A stretch of DNA of 64,000 nucleotides from Felis catus (taxonomy: Eukaryota): assembly GCF_018350175.1 (NCBI RefSeq), contig NC_058368.1, forward strand, positions 236,594,001 through 236,658,000, in the 5' to 3' direction. Under the pieces are notes generated by a model that was not told the DNA's origin, did no database searches, and worked only from the letters and a program-made list of their open reading frames with translations. Numbering within the stretch: position 1 is the first letter of the stretch; each line of letters starts with the position of its first letter. Shown here one piece after another: positions 48,683-62,154 of this stretch. Both the position numbers and the translations under genes were made by a program.

Positions 48683-51600
48683 TCTTTCCCCCATTTTGAC
48701 TTCTGTGACCAGTGTTGCTTTGGTCATCCACGTACACGTTTCTGGGTGGATGCATGTTGCCATTTCATTCCGGCCGTACCTACAGGGCATTGCTGGCTCA
48801 GATGGAAACTCTGTGTTTATCTTAGGAGGCGGCCGCCCTGTTTTCCCCAAGCAGCTGTATCATGTACTGTTTTTGTACACGATCCAAACAAACAAAAGTA
48901 ACTCTTTTCCAGTAAACAGAAGATCAGAGGCAGCAAATGAAAAGTAACACCAGAAATATCATTTGGGAAAAGAATAATGAAGCAGCAGAAATCACTCAGC
49001 TATGAGTGAAGGGCCACAAAGAGGACAAGGAAAAAGGAGAAGACAGCGTAGGAATTAAAAAAAAAAAAAATAGAGAGCCGATGTGAGTTAAACAGCTTTT
49101 CTCTGTATCTAGAGTCCAGATAGGGTCACTTATAATTGATATTTGAATAATTTCCCGGCATTACAAGGAAAATATAAAACCGGACTCAGCGTATTTCTCT
49201 TAAGGAGTCATACAAGGTCACAAAATTCTGTTAAATGCGATGCAAAGGTGATTTAAGATGTAAGTACTGCGTGTGTGAAAAATCCATTCGGGTAGAGTAC
49301 TTTCTTCCCAGATGTCGATAAAGGATCCCGCATTCCATAAAGCCCATTTCGTGCCCGCTGCAGTCCACAAGGGCTTTGCACACACCAGCCGGCAGTTCTG
49401 GTGATGTGGTGATGACTCTGGTAAGGGTGGTGAGGACAGACACGGGGTAACCTTCTCACCAAGAAGAAAGAGAGGTCTGTGCAAAGTGGAAGAGACCTCT
49501 TGAACACGAACTCCCTTTTTCAAAAATGCTGCCTTGATTCTCTGAGTGCTAAAGAATAAGCATATGAGAAATGTTTTAATATTAAAATATATAGTACTGG
49601 CTATTCGATTAGCTAGGCTCTTTTTTTAATGTATGTCACGTGAGGTTGTCAATCGAATTTTCTGGGTTTTTAAAACAGTCATTCAGAAGCGTTTAAGAGA
49701 TCGTGTCTATTTTCTCTTTGTATGGTTGAAGGATCCTTGTATTGTTTTCAGTACACGTGTCTCTGTATACAGTATTAGCAGCTGAAAGAGGCTATCAAAC
49801 CCTAAAAATGTAACATTAGAAGGATCACCACATTGTGTTTAGACTGAACACCAAAGTTAAGCATAAACGGTTCCATGACCAAATCAGAATTAAGATCATG
49901 AGCTTGAAACTAAGCACTCATGATCCATTTCATCAATGTCACTCCTTTTTCATTAGCCGTGATGCAGAAACAGTGTATGACAATCCCATGATGTGATCGA
50001 TGTAGAAAACATACACAGGCAGCTGGCCCAGCTCATCATGAAATGTGAAAATCAAAAGGGCTGCCGACCCCTCCCCCAAATCAGGACTCAGTTCAAAGGG
50101 TGGCTTCATACATGTGCAGTGAACCTTCCTTTGAACAGCTAATCATCTAAGCTGCCCCCGCGTCCCAGGTATGGCTGATGGCCACCAGAGCCAAGCCCAA
50201 CCTCACCTGAGGCCCCTGTTGCTGTTCCAGTGCCCTTGTACCTCCTCCCAAAACTCCCAGTTCTCCTCTGGGAAGCAAGACCACAGGGCTTCAAGGCTCC
50301 AAAGACTTTCCTCCCACCGTGGCCACCTTTGCGCACTGGACACCTGCTGGGACCCGCCCAGCATCCGCCTCGCGAGCTAGCCATATTCTGCTCGAATGAA
50401 TGAACAGATGAGCAATGGAAAACAAACTTTTCTGTGCTCCCTGGGGCCACAAGAGCTACGCTTTTTCAAACGCAATTGGGAAATCAGTGACTCTGTGAGT
50501 TACCGTCGTTAGTTTTCATTAACAAACACGTTGTTATTTTTAACCTAGAAAATCTATCCAGAGTTTCTTGGGCTGGTGTTTGGGTCCTTTGAAACCAGAC
50601 TGGCGTAGCTCACATACATCTTCAAGTACAGGTACAACGTTTCCTAATCAGGAATAATGGTGTGATAACCCTGAATTATGAAATGTGTATTTGAACACAG
50701 TTTTATTACTTCCATGTACATTACACACTGTTGAGCAAGATACAAATCTGTACTACTAGTAGGAGGTGAGTTAATGAAAAAAAAATACAGCATCACATAA
50801 TATATTATAATTATAAAAACCTGGTAGCATATGAGATTTAATTGCTAGGCCCAGAGCTGAGATCATGCAAAGACATTCTAAATTTACCGATTCCTTGTTT
50901 TGAAGACGAATTACTTCTAGCTTGAATTTGCTCCGTTCCTGATTAGTAGTACCCTGACGATTCCCAGACACTTTTTTTGAAATATAAATTTCAGTCAAAA
51001 TTACATATACTAGGGATATGACAAGAAAATCTCAACGAGTGGAACTCAAGTTATTGTTCAAGTTGAAACAACATGCCCAAAACGGAATGTGTCACCAAGT
51101 TGATTACGTGGAGATTGATAATGTAAGGTACAACAGGTCAGCAGACACAGAATGAAAAGAGGAAGGAATATAGAAAATGTGTCCTTATTAAGATCCAAGA
51201 AGAGTTCCTAGTATTTGTTATTTAAAAAAAAAGTTAATTAAAGGATTTACACTTTATCATGCACGGTAAAGAACTGACAGGCATTATTATGATATAAAAT
51301 GCTTCATTCTCCAGCAGAGTTTAATTTAGAGCTGCAACAAAGGGGAAAATGAGAAATAAAGCAGTGGAGATGCTACAGCCATGTGACCCAGGCTCAAGGT
51401 CCCTTTGGAAAAGAGCTTGGCGGGGGTGATGCGAGACCTGTCCCCTGAAATTGACTCTGCAGAAGTGCTCGCAGACGGCCGCCCCTCTGTAGGTCCCATG
51501 CATTCTCCGACCATGCCGGGGAGGGGTGCAACCCCTGTAAGGCTGGCCAAGTGGACATGAGAGCCCAGCAGAGACCCCCGCAAAAGCCACTGAGGTCACC

Positions 51601-52191
51601 AGCTGGCTGTGTAGATGTAGCTGCAGCTCTGACCGTCTGCACCCCAACCAGAAACAGAAAATGTGTCCTGCACATTTGGGGCCATTATTTCCTTTGGGAC
51701 ATATGCCCGCACATTCTGAAGATGCTCAGAAAAAAAACAGTGACTTTGAGTTAGGAAAATCAGATGGCACAAGGACTTCCAGAGAGGGAACAAGGAACGT
51801 GAGGTGGAGGTGAGCATATCAGTAGTCCTTCCAGGGTAAGCAATATGGTCCTGGGTCTCAGACCTGGAAGCCCCACCGGGCAGAGGGGACCCGGCTACTG
51901 GGCTGATTTGGCAGCCGGTGTCAGCTGACCCTGCTTCGGAAGAAAGTTTACGGGGTCACAGGAGACCACTGTTCCCGACCAATCGTTATCCTCTGCCCCC
52001 CTCTCCCAGGGATGAATGCCCTGTTACTGAGCTGTATTTATTGACAGTCTCGCAACCTGTCTTACGTCTACTGTAGTTCACCTCACGTTACCTTTACTCT
52101 CCAACCACAACATGCTCCTTGGACACAAGAGAGCTTATACTCATTCCCTGTTGTACTTTCCTTTGCCAGAATAGGTATCAACACACACAAT

Positions 52192-52298
52192 GGGAGGGAG
52201 GAAGGAAGGGAAAGAAAGAGGACAGGAGGGAGGGAGGGAGGGAGGGAGAGAGGAACAGAGGGCAGGGGGAGGGAGAAGGAAGGAAGGAAGGGAGGGAG
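52192..52298. repeat. GA-rich (GGAA/GGGA)n low-complexity tract
   Basis: Seen directly. Confidence 0.85.
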
Positions 52299-55200
52299 CT
52301 GCATTGGGGATGGAGCCCTGGCAGGAGCAGAGCCCCAGCAGGACCTACCACTGGGGATGAGGCAAGACGGGTCTTTCGCCATGAAGACAGTGCCAGTGCT
52401 GGAGGCTCTGGAGACCAGTGGCCAGCATCACTTGTGTGACTTTCATCCAAAGCCAGTAGCAGGGGGTGATCTGGGCTCCCAAGGAGTCTGTAGGATGCCT
52501 GGTAGCCTTGAGTAAATGCTGTTTTCTGGTTCAGATCACTGGAGTGGGTTCTGCTGTTTATAATTAATTATAATTTGCAAGCAGAAACCGGAACCGGCGG
52601 AGAGGTTTAGGATCCAACATATCTCAGTCTCCAAATGCACTCCTATGTCCTCCTGCCATGTTCAGAGTCCCCTTCCTTCTTGGCCAAAGCCCCAACTTTC
52701 AGACAAGATCCCTGGAGAGGCTGTGAATTCAACTAGCCTTGTCACTGGTTCAAACTTTGGGCTTGGTTGTGGAGTACTCAACCCCAATGCAGCCTGCGAA
52801 CGAGGGGTCTGTTAGTACAGACAAAGGTTCTGGTTCTGAGAACACTTAGAGCCTCAGATTTGACACTCTGAGCTTATAACTGCCCTTGGAGCGTCCAGTA
52901 CAGCCATAAAGGGCCAGCCCACTCCCCATGTCTCCACGCTCGCCATATTGTTCTGTGACATGGCCAGGCGGTGTCCCCAGCCCTTAACTGCAGTGACCCC
53001 TTCCTTCAAGGACCAGAGCCGTATTTAAGTAGATCTTTCATCACTGGAGACCATCAGCTGCTGGGTCCCATTTTTAACAGTATCAGGCCTTTCAAGTCCC
53101 CCAGGATGACCAGCCAGCACCAAATTCCTTTTCTTCATGACCAAAGTGACTTGCAAAACAAGCCATGTGTGTCTGTGTTAATGTCCCACAGCCAGTTAGA
53201 GTGGAAGAGAAATCCCCTAAGCAAGGTTAGGGCGTCCACAGGGACAACTGTGACACAGAATTGCTGTGTGCTGAACGCACCAGCCACCAGCACCCTCGGA
53301 TAAAGGCCCCAGAGATGCCGTTCACACACAACTACTTGGTCCACGGGATGGCACGTGAGGCTCGGGCTAGTCTTCTGTGCTGAGTTAGCCGGTTCTCTCA
53401 GTGTAGAGAGGGAATGCAGGAATAGAGGCCACCGACCAGGCACCTCCCCCTCCCGGCGAGGTCAGGGCCAGATTCCAGGCAGGATCTCCGGGGAGGAAAT
53501 CCTGGAAGCACTGAGACCAGGCATCTTGTAAGTCCAGGAGACAGTGAGCTTTCGGCTCCTGGGTGGAAAATGGGCCTCAAAGGGGCTGGGAAGTTACTGA
53601 AAATGACAAGGAAGGGACTCCCTGACTGTGCCCACACGGCCCTAACCCTTCCAAGCCACGATGCCAAGTTAACATCTCACCGATGTCCCCAAAGACACAC
53701 TTTGCCAGTCTTAGTGGGAACACTTTGAACCCCAGAGCGAGGCCTGCAGTCTGTAACCACGCTGCAGGCCACGGGCCCGGAGCTGCCCTTCCGTGCACCT
53801 TCCGGGGGGATAAAGCAAAGCGACTGTTTTCTATCAAAATTCCCTGTCAGTTCCTGTCCACCGAGGGATCTTGTGTTTTCCCTCCTCTCCAAGTCGGCTT
53901 CGCTCTTCTGAGCTGTCTTTTAAGAAGAAACATACTGTCCTTATTATAATCTCCACACACAGAGTCTGGCTTTCCTTTTAATTTATTTATTTTTCATACG
54001 TTGGGTCTCAGGGGATTGACCTCACCCGCATGCCTGCCCTTTCTGGTAGGGCTTTGAGGCTTTCGCCGGCCAAGAGTCAACACGACAAAGATCGTCGTAA
54101 AAATTTGTCCACATCCATTTACGAAAGGGGAGGACGCAAGCGTTGAGTGAAGTGCTCCCTGTCATCGGAAGGCAATTTCACCTGTTTTAAATCCGCAGTA
54201 TTTGTCACGACTCAAAAGCCGGAGATCTAATGCCTCTTCCAGGGCTTGGCTCATAAACACACACCCGGACGCGTCTCGGGGCACCGGCTTTCTTCGTTCA
54301 TAGAGACTCTCCTCTTCACGCTTGAAACAGAAATGCATTTCCTCTGAGAAAGCGCTGACAGCAAGACTCGCTTCCTCAAGGCAGGAAAGTTGCTTGCCCC
54401 CGGGCTGTGAGCGGCACGGCACACAGGGACACGGGGCTGAGCCCGTGGGCCGGCTTTCGTGGCTTCCAGACTTGCCTGCATTTGAAACCGCCCCGCCAGC
54501 CCCGGGAAGGGGAGCAGGCGGCGGGCCCTGCGGGGATGGAACTTCAAAACAGCGCGGCGAACGCAGAGCCAGGGTCCTGGGCCCCCCGCAGGACGCCTCA
54601 CAGGTGTTTGTGAACGACATGCATGTCCCTGACCATCACACTGCTGCCGTCCGGGTTTTCCTATTTGGGGGATAAAAACTAACCCAAAGAAAAGCAGAAC
54701 ATTATGCGGTGTTGTCTGTAATTACTAATAGGAATCACTGGAGATAAAATTGTGTTCTCTTATGACACATCGCGTGAACCTCGTGACTCACACATTTCTG
54801 AGGCCACTGCTTTCTACACGTCGCAGGAAAACCCATTTAGGTTTTGTTCTCTTCGTGGTTAGCCCTTGGTTATCAGCCAGTGACGACGTTTCTCTTCATT
54901 TCGACACGTCACGTTTAACGCCAGGGACACCTGCTCAATTTGGAGCAGAGATTTTTTTTTTCTCCTCTGATCCAGACACAATGCAAGATTTAAACAAAAG
55001 AGAGTTTAACTGTCCAAAGTGGGTGGGATACACGTTTTCCCATGAAGAAATAGTTACGGAGCCGCTGTCCTTCTGACTGGTCTGTTTCCATCCACCCACC
55101 ATGCACGGGGATGGAGTAACTCATGTACAGGGGTGGAGGGCACAAAGGGCGTGGAAAAAGTCATTGCTGGGAAACCAGCCACTTGGAGGTTATAGAGCAT

Positions 55201-55732
55201 GGATTAGACACAAAAGCGATGATAGGGATGATGTCCTGAGTTTGCAAGAAGAGGGAAGAGCCACACGTAGAACATCCCTGGTAGCCATGGCCTCTCCCAC
55301 CCTTACCACCCTGCACTGGGCCGTGATGGAGGGGAGCCGCTGGGGCCGGGGGCTCTTTGTCACCTCAGCAAACACACTCTGACAGAGACTTGTCTTTATC
55401 AGGCAGAGGACTGCAGCAAGCAGATCACAGGGTGGGAATTGGTAGCGTCGTCCCCCGGCAGTGGGTCCTCTGAAAGCTAGGTCCATTCTGCACCAGCCAG
55501 AGGAAAGCCAAATTTCTCCCCACCAGGGCGTGCCAACAGCAGCCTTCTTCAGGAGGACACATGCTGACCTGAGCCGTCCCAGGCAGCGTTGGGCTGTGAG
55601 GCCAGGTCACGGCGCTAGAGAGGGAAGGGAAGGGAGACGGATAGAAAAGACACACATACTTACATGTAATTCTCTTTTACTGAAGCCTGATATATTACAT
55701 ATGCATTTTTCATATAACTGCATAGCTGATCC

Positions 55733-55793
<61 letters not shown>
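55733..55793. repeat. (AT)n microsatellite with one AC interruption
   Basis: Seen directly. Confidence 0.95.
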
Positions 55794-55797
<4 letters not shown>

Positions 55798-58012
55798 CTT
55801 ACAGAAAATTAGAAGCACTATGTAGCCACTGATGGGGGTCAATGATTTCAGATCTTGCACGGTCTTTCCAATGGATCTTCTGGATGCTGTTGCCCACCTC
55901 CCCACCTGTTCCTTCCTTTCCAGGCGTCTCCACCCGGAGGAAAGGTTCCAACACTCATTCACTCCATCAGCCTGAACTTTCAACCCATCGTGACGTCTTT
56001 TGACTTTGTGCCCCACAAGCACCCCATTGATGAGCCTTCCGTTGCCGGCTCCCTAACCCAACCCCAACTGTTAGGGCTAGAGATGACATCACTGTGTCCA
56101 GATATAGATCCTGGGTTGCAGACTGAGTGACCAGAGGTCCATGGCGATGGCCCTAGGAGGTCTTATATGGTGAATGGTCCACGTGGAGAACAAGGTACAT
56201 ACGATCATGCTGTGTCCTGAGAAGCTTCTTGCAAATTAGGTAAGTAAATGTTAACATCTCTCAGTGTGGTTTTGACAAATATTTTGAAATATATAACGCG
56301 GATCCAAACAAAACTCATTCCAAACCACCCAACGTTCTACGGCATGTACTTATTATTGTCTTCACTCCCTAAGTAGGACTCCTGCTGTGGTGGGCCCCAC
56401 GGGTTACAGAGGCCACTCCCGCATGCTGTTGGTGGAGAACAGAATCGCCGTAAACCCACGTGCAGGGGAATTCCGTGACCTGAGGAATCTGCCACCCCCG
56501 CCATGTCCCAAATGTCTCCAAAACCACCAATAAAGTCATGTCTCAAACCCCCTGTTTATTGAGGTACCATTTCTGCTTTCAGTTGCTTTGAGCTTGTATA
56601 ACCTGAGACTTTCCTATTCTTCACGGATTTTTTCCATGAGTTATACCAGAAATTATAATAAATCAGTCAAGCGATGACCAAAACAAAGGAAACTATTTAA
56701 TTTCCTTGATGAAGCACTACTTCAACTCTGACCTCAGTGCAGAGTAGGTTTTGTTAGTCTGTTGGTTTTTATGGCTTCCACAACATTTGCTTCCCCCCGC
56801 CAAAACATCTCCTCTGGTCCAGACTCTTCAAAGATGCAGCAGAGACGTTTTGGCTCCCAACCTGGCAAGCCTTGGAACCAACAGTTTGTCAAGGAAAAGC
56901 CTATGCCTGTCTAGTATAAAGGAGCCCTGTTGAAAGAAACAAGTGGGGTGATTGAAGAAAGACCTTCCGCCAGCCCTTGGGTAACCTATGGAGCACGGTG
57001 GGGCTGCCGGCCTGTTTCTGTCACCCCCGTGTGCTTAGTGGCAAGAAACCCCACCCTACGGCCCCCCAGGCTGGCATCACACAGGCCTGTCCCAGAAGCA
57101 CAGAGCGGGGCCCGGTGGGGACAGGCCACACGACCAAGAGGCTCACCGCGCTCAGTGCGTGTGCATGTTTCCATGTCCAAGAGCTTCTGTCCCTTGACCT
57201 GCAAATAGTCAGTGCAGAGCATCACAAAATCAGAAACAAAGTGACTCGACGTCGTCCACTGGTGCAGTAAAATCTGTGAAGCACTAATTGTTAATCGGAA
57301 AGGACCCTTACAAAGACTCGCCACAATCTACAAACAGAAATATTCAGACATAAAGCAGTACCAAGCTACAGAAGTGCGTCAGGGGACAGGCGTGCTCGCC
57401 TCCCTTCAGTAGGGCCAGGAGATGGGAAGCAGAAGAGAAACCTGACGTGTGGCCACAAAATCACCCAGGAGGAGAGTGATGAAGGGGTTGGTTTTTCAGA
57501 AAAACTTTGTGACTCGTCTGACGGTGAAGAAATTAGCTTTAACGGTAGAATTTCAAAACTAAAAATTAAAATTCGTAGTCTGATTCTTACAACCAGAAAT
57601 GTGATAACAAAGAAAAACCCTGTTCAGTATTTTTTAAAAAGCTGATATTTGGTTTGTGGAAACTGGGTAATTCCCTAACTACCTAGGTGAGACAAAAACA
57701 TCCTGCTCAGTGTTCAAATACAGACTACAACACATGATGAAACCTACCAGCTATGAAACAAGCCAATATAGTGAAGCTCAGTTATTTAATCAAACATGTG
57801 GTGTCTGTTTTTCTTAACAAAGAAAACTGCAACTGGGTTTTGGTCCAATGGTCCCCACTTGGGACTCCGAAGGTGGTGGAGGAGGCAGGGGGCCCTGTGG
57901 CAAGTAGTGGGGGGCTCTGCGCGAGGAAAACCCTAGCAGGGGCCCCTTGCTGGTTCCATCCCTCCCACGTCTCTCCTGGCTCAGAGTTCCTCACCACGCT
58001 CTGTGATTCTAA

Positions 58013-58441
58013 TGTGTCAGTTTCCTGTCACTGCTGTAACAAATCACCATAAACTGGCGACTTAAAACAGCAGAAACTCATTCTCCCACAGTTCTGGAGA
58101 CCAGCCAGGCCATGCTTCCTCCAGAAACTCCAGGGGAATCCTTCCTGCCTCTTCCAGATGCTGGTGCTCCTGGCGTTTCTGGCCTATGGCTGCTTTACTC
58201 CATTTCTGTCCCGTTCCCCATGTGGCTGTCCCCTTTTCCTGTCTTCTCTGTGTGTCTCTTTAAGGATACCCATCACTGGATGTAGGCCCCACCCATTCAA
58301 TCCAGGATCGGCTCCATAACTCAAGACCCTTAAATTAATGCCATCTGCAAAGACGCTTTTTTTCCAAATAAGGTCAATTTACAGGTAGCAGGGTTTAGGA
58401 CATGGACATATCTTTTGGGGACCCAGCATTCGGTCCACTAA
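58013..58441 (-). mobile_element. MLT1C/D-like MaLR solo LTR
   Basis: TGTGTCAGTTTCCTGTCACTGCTGTAACAAATCACCATAAACTGG...CACAGTTCTGGAG...CATCTGCAAAGAC...TTCCAAATAAGGTCA...GGACATGGACATATCTTTTGGGG. Confidence 0.9.
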
Positions 58442-60415
58442 GTGGGGCAAGCCACCTTCTCGCTTAACTCTCTTGTGTCTATCCCTGTTATGCCTTCCCC
58501 ACAGAGGATATAACCTCAGGGGAAACATCTACAAAGTTGTCAGCTAACCCTGGGAATTTCCGAGTATGGACAAGCTCAGCCAAATTAGCCTGAATTAGCT
58601 CAGGCAGTAGGCCTGTGCTGATGGACACCAAGCGGGCCCTGACAGGACAGCTCTCCTGAGCAAAACCCACTAAGCAGCAAGGTTCTTGGGTCAACAGTCC
58701 ATCTGGACTTGATGAGCCCTTTGATCCCACATGGTTTTGTTCAATGACAGGGTGGCCTCTGCAAGGTCACTTCGCTCCAAGCCATCCTTCCCCTGGCAGC
58801 TGGATCAAGACCCTCTTCTGAAGAGTCCTACTGAATGGTGTCTTTAACCTCCACAGCGAGTGTGGCTCTGAGCCTCTGCTCCCTGTGGACACCGGGCATT
58901 GGCCCCTCCCAGGCGCATGGCATCAGAAACATACACAGACGAAGCTTTACTACATTTCAGGCATGCTCCCTGTCCCCAGCCTGCCCACTGGGGCCACTCA
59001 ACCCAAGACTTGTCAGAGGAAAGTGTTCTGTCACATGACTGATCTTTCCCATGGCCGCCGAGGGAGGTTACCTCTCCCCTTCCTAAGTACAAGTAAAAGT
59101 TATGTTAAGTTGGTGGTGGTTCCTTCATTATTCATCCCTCTTACAATTCAGAGTGCTTTCTGGAACATTTGTGGGCCCTGGAACTCTTCCAGAGGCCTCA
59201 TGAATATGGAAGCGTTGCTGATTCTGTGAAGGGTCTCCCCGTTCATACTGGCGGCCTGCAGATCTGGTCTCCCTGCCAGGGACTGGCGTTCTCACCGGCC
59301 AGGATATGGTCACGGACCATGAAAATGCCTTTTTGAAGAACGCACCCAAAATCAGTGACAAGCATCTCAAGCCATGAGGTCGCATTATCATTGGTGGTGG
59401 AGAATGGAAATCATTGCAGAGACCTTCACTCAGGTGCGGGAAGCCCAGGCTGCTGCCTCTTACTTTATGATAGAAACGTTTTCATCAAGTTTAATATATT
59501 AAAGAGGTAGCACAAGGTGTTCTCTTTGAAAGAACGACATTCTACCTGTGTTTATATGAGGATTTTTCTCCCCACAGGTAATTTTTGCTCAAATAGAATT
59601 GCATGCAGCTTTTAGTTTTTTCTTCATTAGTCCTTTACAGCCTGGTCCCTTCCTAGCTATTCCATATTACTTATGTTTCTAGTTCAGTAGTTTCTCTGAG
59701 ATCCCAGATATGCCCTACAGAAGGAATAATAAAACTAAGTAAAATTTTATTACCAAGGAAAATGCCCATGGCTGTAAAAGTCTTTTTATAGTGGTAATGT
59801 TTGGTTTTAATATTTAATAAGCATAAACCACCATAAAGAAACATAACATTATGTTCAATCCCTTGAAGGATGGTGAGATTTGAAATTGTACAGGTGAAGT
59901 CTTATCTGATGTAACTAAAAAGGCTTTGGATGTACTTCAAACTTAGATCCAGAATCCAGATGTCGCCGAGCTCCAGGGAAACCTGGTGCTAAACAACACG
60001 TTCACCAACCACACGTCCTACAGAAATGCGAGGTCAAGGATTTGCAGGTATGAGGCAGTGACTCACTCTTCTGACATCTGAGGATGAAGTCGGAAAGTGA
60101 TTTGTTGATAAAATAAATCTCAACCACAGGTAAATGGCTTATGTGTCTCTAAATTGAATCAGAACAAATGATTATATTTAAAAAAATTGAGTAACTGCTC
60201 CTGAAGTTCTTTGAAGAGTCTTTAGTGAATGATCATGGGTCTGATGCTGTTACTCATAAACAACAGGTGTCATTCCCATGATTATATGGTGGGGCCTGAT
60301 TCCACTGTCTAGATTTTTGAAAATGGTGAAAAATTCAGTCTTAAAACCACTCAGCAAAGAGAGGTCAGAGGTTACTTATTTCTACTTTGAAGGTATTTCC
60401 TTTTCTTGACTTTTA

Positions 60416-60475
60416 CAGCTGTCAAATGACATAGATTTATAGTATCAGCTGCCAAATGACATAGATTTATGGCAA
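60416..60475. repeat. 30-bp tandem duplication
   Basis: CAGCTGTCAAATGACATAGATTTATAGTAT / CAGCTGCCAAATGACATAGATTTATGGCAA. Confidence 0.9.
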
Positions 60476-60966
60476 TCAATTTCACAACCCCCAGGGTTCA
60501 AGTGTTTGTTGATTTCTTTATTTCCTTTGGTCATGATTTGTGTGGGTCTCCAGCTCCAGCAGAAAACACTAACTAGACTTACAAATGCCAGGGCAGAGGG
60601 GTGGAGAGTGGAAATAGCTGGAAATTAAGGAAAAAAAACATGTATCCACTGAGATGAAGTTAATTTTTAGGTACTTGAAAAATACAGGAAAAGTAGCTTT
60701 GTAGCTAGAACATCAAACAAGAAGAAAACTGTTCACTAGTTAAGAGTGGATCACTCTGTGAAAAATGAACGAGAGTCTTATATTTGTTTGAAATCGGGTA
60801 CATTAAATATGAGTAAATATATTATTCTATTAAGTTGGTTACCTAATTATTTCAGTCCATCACATAAAAGAAAACATTTGCACAACCATGGGAATCCATA
60901 TATATTCTTCAAAGTCATTCGTCAGATTGACCCATATATACATGCTGATCATTATACTGCAAGTCT

Positions 60967-61083
60967 TGGGGTGCCCGGGTGGCTCAGTTGATTAAACATC
61001 CGTCTCTTGATTGAGGCTCAGGTCGTGATACCACAGTTCAGTTTGTGAGTCTGAGCCCCACTTCTGGCTCTGAGCCTGTTTGT

Positions 61084-61168
<85 letters not shown>
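60967..61168 (+). mobile_element. Older Can-SINE with (CT)n and (TAA)n tail microsatellites
   Basis: GGGGTGCCCGGGTGGCTCAGTTGATTAAACATCCGTCTCTTGATT...GGCTCAGGTCGTGAT; (CT)n ~61087-61130; (TAA)n ~61132-61167. Confidence 0.9.
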
Positions 61169-61979
61169 GTTCTCCAGAGAGTACCAGGTGGGGTGTCCAA
61201 GGCAGAGCTGGGGTTAAGGGTGTACAATGCCTTCTCAAGGACATCAAGCTACTGCAGTTTTAGGGTCAGAAGCGATTCAAATGATTGTACTGGCCAACAT
61301 CCACATAAACTGATTATCAGGAACTACTATATACAAATCTAATAAGACAACCATAGAAGTTAATCATTTCTGAACAGTGACCTTAAACCAATTGCCTGTA
61401 TAGTATTAATCCCAGAACTAATAACTATTTCCTTAGAAGACAGACAAGATGCACTAACCACTCTCAGTCCTGGTGACCTCATGTGAGGTCAGCTAAATAG
61501 GACTAGGGGAGACTCCCAGAAAGAAGGAACACCAAGCCAGCAATGCGGTGGTGGCCAACATGGTTAAAGAGGTGGATTGTGTGTGCCAGTGTGCTAACTG
61601 GAACACTGATTAGCCCAGCCGAACAGGAGTGGGGTGAAGCGTCCTGCACCTTGCATTATGTTGTCATCACACCTATAATTCTAATAACACACCAGATTCT
61701 ATCCTTTGGAACCTGGCTCTTAAAGGTGCCTAATGTTTTGGAAGTTGTATGAAATCATTTTATTCCAGCCCTATTTAATGGCCATAGTTTCAACTCACTT
61801 CTACGGATGTTGAATTGACTTGAAAATTTACGTACTATGTGATGTTTAGTAGCATAAGCAACATTAAGCTAATTTTATTTTTTTAACTGGGTAATGAAAT
61901 AGTCCATAAAAAGGATTATGGTTCCATATAAAGGCTTTACTTTGCATTTCAAGCCGTATTTTTCATGCAATTTCCTAGG

Positions 61980-62154
61980 CAGTGACCATCAAACTTTAGT
62001 GTGGGGAGAGGGACCCAAGATGTCTGTTAAAATGTCAGTTCCTTCTTCTGAGCATCTGATTCAAAAAAATGAGGCCCTGAACTTTGGATTTTTAACACAA
62101 TTCCCAACTAATTTTGATGCAGGTACTCTACAGACAACACTTAGAGAAATACTG
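61980..62154. mobile_element. MER5A-like hAT MITE
   Basis: Degenerate TIRs CAGTGACCATCAAA ... TTAGAGAAATACTG; internal TGTTAAAATG, ATTTTTAACA, TTTTGATGCAGGT. Confidence 0.7.

Larger units (their letters stand above)
47575..48865 (-). mobile_element. L1MB-like 3' end split by a SINE trimer
   Basis: CTTTATTGAGATAGAACTCAC...TTTAGAACGATTTTGTCATC...TTTTCAAGGTTCATTCACGTGGTGGCA; resumes after 48697 (GCATTGCTGGCTCAGATGGAAACTCTGTGTTTA). Confidence 0.8.
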
